Source: an uncultured Nitrososphaeraceae archaeon
GTDB lineage: Archaea > Thermoproteota > Nitrososphaeria > Nitrososphaerales > Nitrososphaeraceae
Direction: 5' to 3'
NCBI GenBank assembly: GCA_963779615.1
Contig: CAVZZA010000003.1
Location: 1,056,001 to 1,120,000 of the forward strand
Length of the DNA: 64,000 nucleotides
The position numbers and the translations under genes were made by a program. Positions 1-11,775 of this stretch are shown here, piece after piece; position 1 is the stretch's first letter; each line of letters begins with the position of its first letter. A model generated the notes under the pieces. It made no database searches. It worked only from the letters and a program-made list of their open reading frames with translations, and had not been told where the DNA came from.

Positions 1-306
1 TAATCACTTTGAGAAAGCGTTTGTTGGAGTTTAAAGGCATTTTTGGCGACACAGACCTTCTAAGTAACACCACAGTAGCCTCTAATGTAATATCAGCTTA
101 AGGTAACACGCAAGGCAAATACCTTTTTGCTTTGGCAACTTGACAGTTATTGACACAGTCTGTTTTTTTATTTTGTTTTGACAAATAACCATAATATTTT
201 ATGGTTAGCGACTGTGCAAAGATTCACCATCAACAAGCACAACCCTAAAGACAGTAAAGTGCCATGAAAAAATTATGTGTAAACAATACAAGAAAAACGT
301 AACGTT

Positions 307-522
307 TTACTTGTTGTTTAACAGGGAATTAACAGTGCCTGAGACATCCACTTGCTGTATTTTATTAATTTCTTCATCAAACCACATTTCAACTTCTTTT
401 GGGTTGTCATAAATTTTATCCTTGATTGAATTTAATTCGGCTATCCTCGTTTGGGAAAGATTCTGAAGCGGATAAAGGTGGTCATTGACTAATTTGGTTA
501 TAATGTGCTCGAACATCTTCAT
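307..522 (-). CDS. small hypothetical protein
   Basis: 71-aa ORF with no recognisable motif, directly downstream of a 26-aa hydrophobic ORF. Confidence 0.45.
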   Translation of the reverse strand: MKMFEHIITKLVNDHLYPLQNLSQTRIAELNSIKDKIYDNPKEVEMWFDEEINKIQQVDVSGTVNSLLNNK

Positions 523-526
523 TCCC

Positions 527-607
527 TCATATTAGCCCAAACAAAAATTTCAACAAAATTATTAATACAATGATCCCAATTACAATCCATATTATGTTCC
601 ATATCAT
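527..607 (-). CDS. 26-aa hydrophobic membrane peptide (MIWNIIWIVIGIIVLIILLKFLFGLI)
   Basis: Translated by hand, ATG 607 to TGA 527; one TM-like helix; may be the frameshifted N-terminus of 307..522. Confidence 0.5.
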   Translation of the reverse strand: MIWNIIWIVIGIIVLIILLKFLFGLI

Positions 608-782
608 GTTTTTTTATGATAAACAAACTTTATTAATATGATATTGAGTCTATGCTCGGATCATAAACCATAAAACAGTTCTTTAATTTATAAACACCGC
701 AAATAATTGTGATATAGGACTGATCGAATTACAATAGTTATCAAAAAGAAACAAAAACAAAACAGGCAAAGTATAAGAGAAA

Positions 783-1172
783 TCAACCATTAACAAGATC
801 TTTAATTAATTTGTTCAATAAAAATAATTTTATTGGCTTAACTACCAATGCTATTTTTTTATCCTTAAACATATTTTCACTGTTAAAAACACTTTTAATA
901 GAATCATAAGCAGTAATCATCAATATGGCTACTGTGGGGTGATTTTGTAAAATTTCTTTTGCAGCGTCAATACCGTTCTTCTCATCAGGTAATCGATAGT
1001 CCATAATTATCAGGTCAGGTTTAAACTCCAAATAGTCATCCATAATATGAGTTGCAGTAGTATTTGTAACCAATACAGTGTAACCTTTATTTTTCAAATA
1101 GTCCTTATACAGAATTAAAAGGTCGTGCTCGTCCTCAACAATCATGACCTTGATGTTGTTTTTATCACTCAT
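783..1172 (-). CDS. stand-alone response regulator receiver (REC) protein
   Basis: VMIVEDE, LIIMDYRLP (phospho-Asp), MITAY and VKP motifs; start moved from 1334 to ATG 1172. Confidence 0.9.
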   Translation of the reverse strand: MSDKNNIKVMIVEDEHDLLILYKDYLKNKGYTVLVTNTTATHIMDDYLEFKPDLIIMDYRLPDEKNGIDAAKEILQNHPTVAILMITAYDSIKSVFNSENMFKDKKIALVVKPIKLFLLNKLIKDLVNG

Positions 1173-2909
1173 ATCACGATATAAGATTGGCAGAGCATCA
1201 TTATTAGGCTTTACGCAACAAGCGATAACACAAATAGGATGATGTACCTCCAAATTCTTCCATTTCATTTTGTCCAGATACACCACATGCCACATATCGA
1301 CATTTTTTGACATAGATAAGCAAGCCCGTTCCATTTTCTTGGCGATTATAATTTCTCAAACAGTGTTGAAATATTTTTATACTGAATATCGTTTCAGCAC
1401 CTATAACCAAAACATCAAGAAAGTTTCAGGTGGAATTATCAAATATGACCTTTACCCTACTAAAACCCCTATTATCAAACTCACAAATCAACAAGATAAA
1501 TAAAGCCCTACTAATCAGAATTTCATCTGAAAAAATACCAAGGCTCTGTACTAGGCTTCAAGGTGTATTTTATTGGATTTTTAATAGAGGCATTCTTCAA
1601 CGTAATTTGTATTTTTTTATCATTACCAATCGTTTTTTATAAAACAAACGTCACCTTCAAATAGTCATGTTTATCACATTTTGAATTGGCATGCATTCTG
1701 AATGGATTTCTGGAAATTGCATGCTCATGTCCAACATTCTTGAATCTATTTTATTAGCATTCAGATAATCCCGGTATTGCGTCAAACGGGTTAAGGACAT
1801 GAGCAGCAACATTCATAAAATTTGGGCATTGTTTAAGTATGAATGTATTTGCACAACAGAAATTTTTTTTAAAATTAAGCAATTTTTTTAATTCGATAAT
1901 TTTTCTGTCAACAACTTGATTTCAGATTTTCATCCAATCTAACTGCAGAAGAGACACTTGAAAAGATGATAACTATTACAAATAAAATCATCAAAACATA
2001 AGGCAATGTTTTATCATCAATAATTTCCTTTATTAAAGTAAATATACCTTTTTGACAGATAAATGCATATGTAAAAAGATAATTTGATAACTTCTACAAA
2101 TATGACCACAGTTCATAACAAATAGTATCACCAACACCATTTATTAAAACATTTAATATGTGAAGACATCAATTTAAAAGCGTTGTTGATCAAGTATCAT
2201 TTAGTAAATTAAGACATATAATTAGAAGAAATCAATCAGGTAAAAATAACCTATATCTATCAAATATCTTTTAAGCGGCCATTGCATAAACGTATTTTGA
2301 CCCTCACCATCATACCTAAAGAAGTGTATGGGCATGTAAATAATATGTGAGTCACTTATTAGAATAATTTTTCTAATCCACATGTTTAGATTTTTATTTT
2401 TTCCCATATCACAACACCCAAGAATAGAACACTGTTACTAGGAACAATTTTGCTGGCTGGGATAAATTGTTGATATTAAACCAGTATAAAAAGAAATACC
2501 CTATTGCGAAAAGTGTGCCAATAGGAGAACATGCAGGGGATGGAAAAAACTATCGCCAATATTATCAAAGTACATGATAACGATAAAACGTCCCAGTTCC
2601 ACCGATTGTGTCAGTGACAATTGGTATCCACAATGCCACAAACTTTTGGAAATAGTGCCACACTCATAACCATTCGCAGCATGATAATAGCATGGCATAG
2701 AGAACTGCTATTCAGAACATCAGCAAGGCATAAAACTGATGATTTTACACCATTTCCCCGTGTAGGGAGGAAATGTAAACTAAAACATATACCCCTAATC
2801 GGTCGTATCTATTTGCAGATAATCACAATAAGGAATTAAAGACGCTTAGATAGAGTTAAAACAAAGATATCGATATATTTATTTATACTTTGTATCATAA
2901 AGCTAACTA

Positions 2910-3350
2910 ATGATTTCAAAAATAGCATTATTTGGAATAGTTGTAGCAGCTTTGTTTTCAATAACTCTAGGCATTCAGTCAGTCGATGCTGCACCTGTTA
3001 CATTTAATTTAACCAAGTCTAAAAATCCAGGTCCTGGTTTTGGTGACGAAAAAATAGGAACGGTGAGCATTGATACAAAGGATAATAAAACATACATTTC
3101 AGCAAATTTGTCCGATACTGCCCCTAAGCAAGACAAAGTGTTTGAAGCATGGCTGGTAGATGCAGGTGGATCAAATTATAAATTGAGTTTGGGACAAGTC
3201 ACAGAGGGTAATTTACAGTTTACAGAAAAATTAGTTAACCCATATACCTACAAACAATTCATAATAACAGAAGAACCTGCAAACGATAAAGATCCCAATG
3301 CTGCTGATACATATGGAGGGGTTGAATTACCAATCCCATATGGACAGTAA
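2910..3350 (+). CDS. secreted protein with anti-sigma-K (RskA) C-terminal-like domain
   Basis: Signal peptide ending VDA; FEAWLVD...LSLG...FIITEEP pattern. Confidence 0.65.
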   Translation: MISKIALFGIVVAALFSITLGIQSVDAAPVTFNLTKSKNPGPGFGDEKIGTVSIDTKDNKTYISANLSDTAPKQDKVFEAWLVDAGGSNYKLSLGQVTEGNLQFTEKLVNPYTYKQFIITEEPANDKDPNAADTYGGVELPIPYGQ

Positions 3351-3675
3351 TCTTCTTTTTTTTTACAATCAACTTTAAGATGTATCTCTGCATTAACTGA
3401 AATAAATAATTATAAGCTCGGGCTTAAACACTATTTCAATAATATAGGCAACCCATTCCAATACAGTTAACGTCTTAGATGGCCCCGTTTACTTTAGGTT
3501 TTATTTTGTTATTTCATATCAAGCTCAGTTGATAACATCAGCATGAAAACAGTCATTTTTGAAAATTAGTTCTCCCCAATTAATACAAAATTATTGTGCA
3601 TATTACTTGAAAGACTCCAATCAAATATCAAATAAACCAAATAAAGGACAGTCCCCAAAGTGAGAGTCTGAATTC

Positions 3676-3950
3676 GGCTCTGTCAACTTAACGTTTTTCT
3701 ATATCACCCAGACAGCTATTAGTATGTATAACGAGAAAGTTTTAGGAGACTCTAGACTAATGAAGGATGAAGGGTTACAACACCAAGACAAGTTTGAGAA
3801 AAACGGAGCGTAAAAGATGGAGATTTCTTGACTTGTTTGACAACTAGGAAAGGTTATGTATATAAAAAAAATTAGAATTTGATTCTGATAAAGCATTTAA
3901 ACAGATAGGGAAATTTAAAAGAGAGAAATTACTGTTAAGTTGACAGAGCC
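3676..3950. mobile_element. IS6-type MITE (275 bp)
   Basis: Terminal inverted repeats GGCTCTGTCAACTTAAC / GTTAAGTTGACAGAGCC, nearly identical to the IS6 ends at 19867/20534; GAATTC on both flanks; no transposase. Confidence 0.85.
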
Positions 3951-4000
3951 GAATTCAGATTGATTTGTTTAAATACAAAAGTTGATAACTTTAAATAATT

Positions 4001-5248
4001 TTGACGAAATATGATGATGCAATCGAGCTGCATAAAATGCTTAAAGGTAAAATAGAGGTTTGCAGCAGGATTTCTCCGAACAAGATTTTTGAGGACGAAG
4101 CAACAAACAAAGGCATTTTGGACCTCATATATACTCCGGGAGTAGCCTTTGTTGCCCAGGAAATATACCGCAACAAAGAACTTGTTTATGACTATACATC
4201 AAAGTGGAATAATGTTGCAATAATATGCGATGGAACAAGGGTTCTTGGGCTTGGAAACATAGGGCCTGAGGCGGCATTAACAGTTATGGAAGGAAAATCA
4301 ATATTATTTAAGATACTAGGCAACATAAATGCATATCCTCTTTGCATATCCACACATAGCAAAGAAGAAATAATCAAGTTTGTTAAACTAATAGAGCCAA
4401 ACTTTGGTGCTATAAACATTGAGGATATAGAATCCCCGAAGGTTTTAGAGATAGTGGAAATATTGCAAAAGGAAATGTCTATTCCAATTTTTCATGATGA
4501 CCAACACGGAACAGCAGCAATAACACTTGCTGCACTTATAAATTCACTCAAGATTGTGAACAAAAAGATGGAAAACTCCAAAGTAATAATTGCGGGGGCA
4601 GGCTCTGCAGGATACGGAATATTCAAGGTGCTTTACAAAGCAGGATGTAGAGAAATCATCGTAATCGATAAAAAGGGCTCAATCCACAAGGATAGAGAAG
4701 ATCTTCATAACCACCCTTCACACAATAATGAAAATAACGACAGTTCAAACGGTAAAAATAATTACACCAACTCCTTTAAGACAGAAATTGCAGCCAAGAC
4801 AAACTTAAAAAAGATATCTGGAGACCTGGAAAAGGTTATCCAAGGTGCAGATGTTTTTATCGGGACAACAGGAAAAGGGAAGATATTAAACGACAAAATG
4901 ATAAAATCCATGAATTGCGATCCCATTATCTTTGCTCTAAGCAATCCTGATCCTGAAATACTTCCTGAAAACGCGTTGGCTGCAGGAGCCAAGATTATTG
5001 CTACCGGTAGGTCGGATTTTCCAAATCAAATAAATAATGCGGTAGTATTTCCTTCCATCTTCAGAGCGCTTTTAGATTTAAGAGTAAAAAATATAGATGA
5101 GGACATACTCATAGCGGTCGCCCAATCAATTGCAAATCTAGTAGATTCAAAGCTTCTAAAAGAAGACTACATCATACCAAAAATTAATGATCCTCGGATA
5201 CTACCAATAGTAACTAATTCCATAAAAGAATACATTTTGAATCGATAA
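4001..5248 (+). CDS. NAD(P)-dependent malic enzyme
   Basis: YTPGVA, DGTRVLGLGNIG, VMEGK, NIEDI, FHDDQHGTA, GAGSAG, ALSNPDPEI and TGRSDFPNQINN motifs. Confidence 0.95.
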   Translation: MTKYDDAIELHKMLKGKIEVCSRISPNKIFEDEATNKGILDLIYTPGVAFVAQEIYRNKELVYDYTSKWNNVAIICDGTRVLGLGNIGPEAALTVMEGKSILFKILGNINAYPLCISTHSKEEIIKFVKLIEPNFGAINIEDIESPKVLEIVEILQKEMSIPIFHDDQHGTAAITLAALINSLKIVNKKMENSKVIIAGAGSAGYGIFKVLYKAGCREIIVIDKKGSIHKDREDLHNHPSHNNENNDSSNGKNNYTNSFKTEIAAKTNLKKISGDLEKVIQGADVFIGTTGKGKILNDKMIKSMNCDPIIFALSNPDPEILPENALAAGAKIIATGRSDFPNQINNAVVFPSIFRALLDLRVKNIDEDILIAVAQSIANLVDSKLLKEDYIIPKINDPRILPIVTNSIKEYILNR

Positions 5249-5527
5249 AGAAATCATGTTGAAAAGACAGTGAAAAGACAGGTTAACCATGCGAAGAAGC
5301 ATCAATTGCTTGTATGGGATTGTTTTAGATAACACAGGATTTTATAGAGATATCATGCAGTGTTGACACCTTGTTGAAACTTTTGGTCAATGGACTAAAA
5401 AGAACCAAAATCTATATTTTTATCCACACATTGGTTGATCATAAACATTACAGCAAAAAACAATTATTCTAATATGGAATACAAGATTTATAATTGCATG
5501 CGATTAGTACAACTTCATGATAGATGA

Positions 5528-6940
5528 ATGGAACAAGGGAGAGAAAAACCAATAGGCAAATTAGATAATGCAAAAGAAACAAAAATTTTGGTGACAGGTG
5601 GAAGCGGTTTTATAGGAAGTGGACTGATAAAAAACCTAATAGATAAAAAAAATTCCGCAAAATATCCATATTTCATACGTTGTCTAACAAGGAATAAAAA
5701 ATCTATAAGCAATTTAAAAATTAGTGAGAAGGACATACAGATTGTCGAAGGAGATCTATCTAATTATAATGACTGCTTGAATGCCTTAGATGGGATAGAC
5801 ATAGCATACTATCTTGTCCACTCCATGGAAGGGTCCACAAAAGATTGGAAAAAGTTCTCTCAGAAAGAACAAACCACCGCCGAAAATTTTTCTCGTGCAT
5901 CCTCCCAGTGCAATGTTAAAAGGATCATATATCTTGGTGGGCTAACCCATGGGCAGGATAACGAAATATCCCAACACATGTTAAGCAGAAAACAGGTAGG
6001 AGAGACACTTGCAAAATCAAATGCAAAGGTAACCATTTTCCGTGCAGCAGTAATTCTTGGAAGTGGAGGAGGGTCCTTTGAAATGTTAAGGTATCTGGTT
6101 GAGAGGTTGCCAGTAATGGTTTGCCCAAAATGGGTTTTGACCAAATGTCAACCAATATTTATTGGGGATGTGCTGAATTACCTTTCAGGGTCAATTGAAA
6201 TAGAGGAAACAGAGGGAAAAGCATTTGATATCGGGGGCCCTGACATTTTAACCTACTCTGACATGATGAAAATATATGCCAAAATAATTCATAAATCGAT
6301 AAAGATTATAAGAATACCGGTTTTAACCACTAAACTATCATCCTATTGGGTAGATTTAGTAACACCGGTGGAAGCATCTCTGGCAAGGCCACTTGTGGAA
6401 AGCCTTAGGCATGAAGCTGTTGTAAAGGAACACTCCATCGTAAAGCTAATTCCTTTAAAATTAAAAACTTTTCAAGAATCATTGGAATATTGTTTAAAAG
6501 AAGAGAACAGATATAAAAGGATAAACAAAAATGAAATTAAAAAAGAGAGAACTTCAGTTTCGCTAAATTACAAAATTCTTTTGGTATCACTATCTTTGTT
6601 ATTAATAATAGGCACCACCTATTATTTCCTCGACAGCAGGCAGGTGTTTCTAAAGCCATTTTGGTTAGCGGTGGCATCGCTTTGGTATTTATCCATCATA
6701 TTTTCGATCTATTTCATAAGATTCGGTGCAAGGTTGGGGGCATTGGTAGCTGGGATAGTTGGTTGGGCAACACTAATATTCTGGATATCGGATAACTATT
6801 ACATTATTTCAGGGTATTCCTTGATATTAAGCAACCCAAACTCCAATGAGACATGGAGAAACATAGTGGGCATAATAATTGCATCCTTTACCATACTTTC
6901 GTCTCACAATATTTTTAACAAGATAAAGGTGCGGCATTAA
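5528..6940 (+). CDS. YbjT-like NAD(P)-binding oxidoreductase (atypical SDR) with C-terminal 4-TM domain
   Basis: TGGSGFIG Rossmann motif, AYYLVHSM, IIYLGGL, FRAAVILGSGGGSFEM; hydrophobic C-terminus. Confidence 0.85.
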   Translation: MEQGREKPIGKLDNAKETKILVTGGSGFIGSGLIKNLIDKKNSAKYPYFIRCLTRNKKSISNLKISEKDIQIVEGDLSNYNDCLNALDGIDIAYYLVHSMEGSTKDWKKFSQKEQTTAENFSRASSQCNVKRIIYLGGLTHGQDNEISQHMLSRKQVGETLAKSNAKVTIFRAAVILGSGGGSFEMLRYLVERLPVMVCPKWVLTKCQPIFIGDVLNYLSGSIEIEETEGKAFDIGGPDILTYSDMMKIYAKIIHKSIKIIRIPVLTTKLSSYWVDLVTPVEASLARPLVESLRHEAVVKEHSIVKLIPLKLKTFQESLEYCLKEENRYKRINKNEIKKERTSVSLNYKILLVSLSLLLIIGTTYYFLDSRQVFLKPFWLAVASLWYLSIIFSIYFIRFGARLGALVAGIVGWATLIFWISDNYYIISGYSLILSNPNSNETWRNIVGIIIASFTILSSHNIFNKIKVRH

Positions 6941-7160
6941 ATAAAACGCCGAACACACTACAAAGATCACAAAGCAATGAAAAAAAGGAAACAGGTTTTT
7001 TTAAAATCTTACCTTTACACTTGCAGACATGGGAAATTTCTAAAAAACACTTTTTTAATTAAAACAATAGACAGGAAAATCAATTTTCACCATACATGTT
7101 AAAAAAGTAATTAGCACCAGTATACAATATTAGCACTATGTTAATATTTTAGCGAAACTG

Positions 7161-8075
7161 ATGTTAAATACGGCATACATAAGATTGAAAAAGGTTAAAG
7201 GCACCGATTACCTTTATCTGGTTCAAAGCAAATGGGACCCACTTTTGAAAACATCTGGGCAAAAAACAATAAAATATCTTGGCAAGGCCTCCAATGTCAC
7301 TGTTGAAAGTATTCCTCAAGAGTATAGGGATAACCCCAGAATTTTGTCAGCGATAAGGTCAAAAACTGGAAACCAGTCAAAAAAAACATCGGCAGTTGGA
7401 GGGTTGAAAAAACAGGTTTTCAACGCCCTAAAAAATGGTGATGCGGAAAAAGTATTGACGATAGCTCAACTGTACGAAAAAGAAACTAGCCTTGCGGAGT
7501 TCTACGATGACATCCTAAAACAGGTTTTATATGGGATTGGATACCTGTGGGAACACAATATATTAGACATAGCAACTGAGCATATATGCAGCAATATAAC
7601 TAACGAAATAGTTCACAAGCTAAATACGTATCATAAAAAGGACAGGAAAAATTCAAGTATTTTACTATGCACCCCAGAAGGAGAAATTCACAATATTGCA
7701 TGCAATATAATAGAGTCAATACTATTACAGAAAGGATACAAAGTACACAACATCTCACCATCGGCTCCTGCCGAATCGGTTATTATGCACATCAAAGATA
7801 CAAATCCATCACTAATAATGATTTCTGTGACCCTTAAAGAAAACATTGGAACATCAAAACGGCTCATGAAAAGGATAAGTACAGAATTCAACATACCTGT
7901 TCTTTTAGGAGGATTGGCAATAACAGAAAACAGTGAAAAGGAAAGGAAAGATATCGAAATGATGAGTAACAATATTAAGGTTATAACTAACGGAACTCTA
8001 AAAACATTGGTACGTACAGTTGGATTGATGACAAAAAATAGCACATTAACCAAAAACATCAAATCAACTCAATAG
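7161..8075 (+). CDS. cobalamin-binding protein (B12-binding_2 cap plus B12-binding Rossmann domain) with basic N-terminal domain
   Basis: W-x9-EH (WEHNILDIATEH), ExH (GEIHNIA), ISVT and VLLGG motifs. Confidence 0.85.
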   Translation: MLNTAYIRLKKVKGTDYLYLVQSKWDPLLKTSGQKTIKYLGKASNVTVESIPQEYRDNPRILSAIRSKTGNQSKKTSAVGGLKKQVFNALKNGDAEKVLTIAQLYEKETSLAEFYDDILKQVLYGIGYLWEHNILDIATEHICSNITNEIVHKLNTYHKKDRKNSSILLCTPEGEIHNIACNIIESILLQKGYKVHNISPSAPAESVIMHIKDTNPSLIMISVTLKENIGTSKRLMKRISTEFNIPVLLGGLAITENSEKERKDIEMMSNNIKVITNGTLKTLVRTVGLMTKNSTLTKNIKSTQ

Positions 8076-8186
8076 ACTGAACACCTGATACAGAATTCTC
8101 AACCATGATGCCATAATTTTAGATCAAACAACAATACATGCAAATCAGTTTATCATAAAAATAAAATCACAAACAGGCGACAAAGA

Positions 8187-8489
8187 TTAAAAGTTATCCC
8201 CAAAGTTTTTCATGTTAGAGTTGACTCTTTCTTGTGCGTTTCCCTCACCTTCACCTTTACGTTTATGTTTATGGTCATTTTTATGGACCCGTGCGTCCAT
8301 TTCTTTTCCGTGTTCCTCACGCACATGATGCAATCTATCTTTTTCATGGAGGAATTGTTTTCCGCATTTAGAACACTTTAAAATTGTAGAGTGATGAATT
8401 TTCCTTGAGTGTTCAATCAGTTCACTAAACGAACCGAATTTTTCGTTGTCTGCCTCGCACTTATATTTTTTTTTATGAAAGAAATCCAC
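8187..8489 (-). CDS. C2H2-type zinc finger protein
   Basis: CSKCGKQF...HHVREEH finger plus a degenerate first finger. Confidence 0.8.
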   Translation of the reverse strand: MDFFHKKKYKCEADNEKFGSFSELIEHSRKIHHSTILKCSKCGKQFLHEKDRLHHVREEHGKEMDARVHKNDHKHKRKGEGEGNAQERVNSNMKNFGDNF

Positions 8490-8681
8490 AAATTCATTGA
8501 TGAAAAGAAGTTATTAAATTTTTTATTAAATTTGTTGATTTGTCTAAAGTATGTTGGTTTATTTAGATGATTATACAATTATTTCAATAAAAACACATAA
8601 AAAGGAAAATCGGCGCGGCTAAATCTCGGCTCGGATTTGCCACAAAGATAAGATTTGCAGCCAAATTATCTTTTGCTGAAA

Positions 8682-9482
8682 TCATTTTATTAAACTATAT
8701 ATCCAACTGTACATTTCAGAATTTGAAACAGCTATAAACGACATTCTTGAATCCACAGAAAGATCACAATTCAAATCATTACCACTCATATCAAAAACAA
8801 GTCCACCGGCTTCCTTGGCAATCAGATAACAGGCAGCCATGTCAATAGCCCTAATTTTGTTTCTGATATCAATATATGCGTCTATTGAGCCTTGTGCAAA
8901 ATAACATACCTCCAGAGCATTGGCACCTAGATGTCTTACATGGTTAACTGAAGATACCAGTTTTGAAATTGAAACAAAAAGACTTTCAGGCAAACCTGAT
9001 ATATTCAATCCTACGACCAATTCTTTTGCAGATTTTGTTGGTTGTTTTGTTAAATCTAACTTTTTTTCATTAATAAATGAGCCTTTATTTTTAGATGCGT
9101 GATAAAGGTCGCCCGATAAAAGATTAAAAACTACTGCATCGGTAACAGATTGAAGCTTTGTATCAGAAGAATAGGCCAGTGAGCAGCAATAAAAAGGAAG
9201 GCCACAATTTGCATTGGTGGTTCCATCTATCCCATCCATCACAATCAATCCAGCGTCATTGCCTTTTACTAAACCACATTCTTCCCCCATAACATCAGGA
9301 ATAAAATTATTCCTCTTTAAGGTATCAAAGACAGACTTTTCTGCCACAAGGTCTATTCTAGTCGAAACATCACCTCCTGCGCCCATATTAAATTTTTGTT
9401 GTCCCTCAATGGTTCCTATTATATTTTTAGTGTTATCATAAACACTATTAGCACACTCTTTTAAAATACCTAAAACCGACAC
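8682..9482 (-). CDS. suhB: inositol monophosphatase / fructose-1,6-bisphosphatase family protein
   Basis: GEE, DGIDGTTN, RHLGANALE and RAIDMAA motifs of the FIG superfamily. Confidence 0.9.
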   Translation of the reverse strand: MSVLGILKECANSVYDNTKNIIGTIEGQQKFNMGAGGDVSTRIDLVAEKSVFDTLKRNNFIPDVMGEECGLVKGNDAGLIVMDGIDGTTNANCGLPFYCCSLAYSSDTKLQSVTDAVVFNLLSGDLYHASKNKGSFINEKKLDLTKQPTKSAKELVVGLNISGLPESLFVSISKLVSSVNHVRHLGANALEVCYFAQGSIDAYIDIRNKIRAIDMAACYLIAKEAGGLVFDMSGNDLNCDLSVDSRMSFIAVSNSEMYSWIYSLIK

Positions 9483-9831
9483 TTTTTGATCACATCAACG
9501 TTAATTGTATAAAGTAATAAAAACTATCAAGCAAATGTTAAAACATCCAAGTGCATTATCCATCCCAATTAAAAACATCATTTCATAATTGTGGCATATC
9601 AGGACATAAAGCAACCATTTGCTAAAAATATCAGTTAATGCAAATGAAGATAAAGAGCAAACTAGTTGCTTAATACAAATCACACACATATAATCATTTA
9701 AAAATGCTCACATCGCAAGCTTTGGGCATAATTTGCATTTCCACAGATCAAAGACATCATTATTCACAACTTTAGCCCTACAAGCAAAAAAGACAACAAA
9801 ACATAATAGAATAGAACGCAACAACAAACAC

Positions 9832-11425
9832 ATGTTAGACGGTTCAGAACCCTCATCATCCATATCACAATCATCAATAAGCAATGATCTTTTAGGAGTA
9901 GTCATAGGAGTTACTAATTCAGGATACGTTATTTTTGAGGGAAAAGAGCCAGTGGGTCTCGGAGAATACATAGTTATAACAAATACCGACAAGAAAAAAA
10001 TATTGGGCGTTGTAGAATCATGCCTTATTAAAAGTGATGCCTTAGACGATATTTCAAATTTTCAAGAAGCTTTGGAAAGTAAAACTGTTGCCGAAATAAA
10101 TAAAAGAGACAAAAGTTTTAAAATTAGCGTTAAAATCTTAGGTTTACTGAATTTACTAAAACAGTCCAAGGTAATTTTACCCGAAATTCCGCCATTGCCA
10201 GGAACAGAGGTTTACAAGGCAAATAAAAATGATCTAGAGGAAATATTTAATCCTGAAGACGAATCATGGCTAAAAGTTGGAACCCTTTTACGAAACAGTA
10301 ATGTCAATGCAAAAATAAACATCAACAAACTTACTACTCGGCACCTTGGAATTTTGGCGATGACAGGCATGGGGAAAAGTAATTTGGTCAGCATAATAGC
10401 TAAAGCAATATCAGAAATACCCGGGACAATGGTTATCTTTGACTATCATGACGAATATCACTTCTTAGATGGTGAAAACATTAATTTTGTTCAGGCCCAA
10501 ATAAATCCAAGGCTCCTTACTGCAGAAAAGTTTGCAGAAGTGATTGAGGTCAGAGACAATGCAGATATTCAAAACACAATATTACTAAAAGCATTTGACA
10601 ATGACGATTTGAAGAATAAAACGGAAGACAATTTTTGGGATTTTTTAGAAAGCAATATTCAGGAAATAGGCCATAAAGAAAAAAGATTCACAACTTCTGC
10701 AGATAGGGTATTAGACAAAATAAAAGAGGCAAGGAAAAGGTTTGACAGCATTTTAATCCCTAATTCATCGGATCCTGTTTCACAAATCAAGGAAGGAAAA
10801 GTAAACGTAATTAATTTGATAGAATTCACAGAAAAGCAAGCTAATGTTGCAATTGCTTTTTATTTAGAATCGATATTGTATCAAAGAAAGTTATCGAAAA
10901 GCAAGGGCAAGGGTTTAATAGCAAAGAAACACCGGAAAAAATCAGGTTTTATTTCACAGTCCAGTTATTGTAGTAATAGAAGAAGCCCATGTATTTATTC
11001 CAAAAAATGAGAATACGGACACAAAATACATTGCATCAAAAGTGGCAAGGGAGGGCAGGAAATTTGGCGTAGGCCTAATAATAGTTTCTCAAAGACCCAG
11101 GTCACTCGATCCCAATGTTTTAAGCCAAATGGGTTCTTTATCAATAATGAAAATAGTTCAGCAAGAAGATCAATCACAGATAGGATCGGCTAGTGAAGCC
11201 ATAAATGGGAAAGTCATAGAGCAACTGCCTTCGCTGAATCCAGGAGAAGCTCTTTTTGTAGGCCAATGGGTAAATTTACCCTCATTTATAAAAATAGATG
11301 AAATTAAGGAGAGAACGATGGGAAAGGACCCCGAGCCTGTAAAAGAGTGGAAAAACAATCAAATAAGCAAGGAACTGTCGATAGAAGACTGCCAGTTTTA
11401 TATTCGGGAAGAATACATAGATTAA
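9832..11425 (+). CDS. herA: HerA helicase/ATPase, split by a frameshift at about 10922-10960
   Basis: HAS-barrel N-terminus, Walker A AMTGMGKS; Walker B VIVVIEEAH and REGRKFGVGLIIVSQRP lie in the next frame. Confidence 0.9.
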
Positions 11426-11447
11426 ACAATTGTTTTTACAAATATAA

Positions 11448-11762
11448 ATGGAACATCAGATATTTTTTCATCTGATGAACATTGCTTTAATAACAAAAGG
11501 TGAAAAACAGATAAGATTAAAACTATTTGACGAAAACTTGAAAGAACTGGCCGAAGAACAATTTCAAGACACATACACTTTGAATTTTTTTTTGCAGATA
11601 ATTCCAAAAAAATACAACACCAGCAAAACATTGATGATTCTCAATGATTTAGAAAGATTGAAAGATGTTAATGACGATAACGACAACAACAATGTTGAAT
11701 TAATATTAGCTAAAGATGAAAATTCGTATTTTATAAATGAATCACAAAACAACTGCCAATGA
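11448..11762 (+). CDS. hypothetical protein
   Basis: 104-aa ORF directly after herA; no motif. Confidence 0.5.
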   Translation: MEHQIFFHLMNIALITKGEKQIRLKLFDENLKELAEEQFQDTYTLNFFLQIIPKKYNTSKTLMILNDLERLKDVNDDNDNNNVELILAKDENSYFINESQNNCQ

Positions 11763-11775
11763 TTAACAGGCTGCA

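Noticed and set aside
1204-2839. Several 60-77-aa ORFs in the AT-rich stretch
   Set aside because: No motifs, overlapping frames and alternative starts; probably spurious or decayed
9832-11425. HerA as an anti-phage defence system (Sir2-HerA or Nezha type)
   Set aside because: Adjacent to rad50/mre11 with no Sir2 or nuclease partner; fits housekeeping repair HerA
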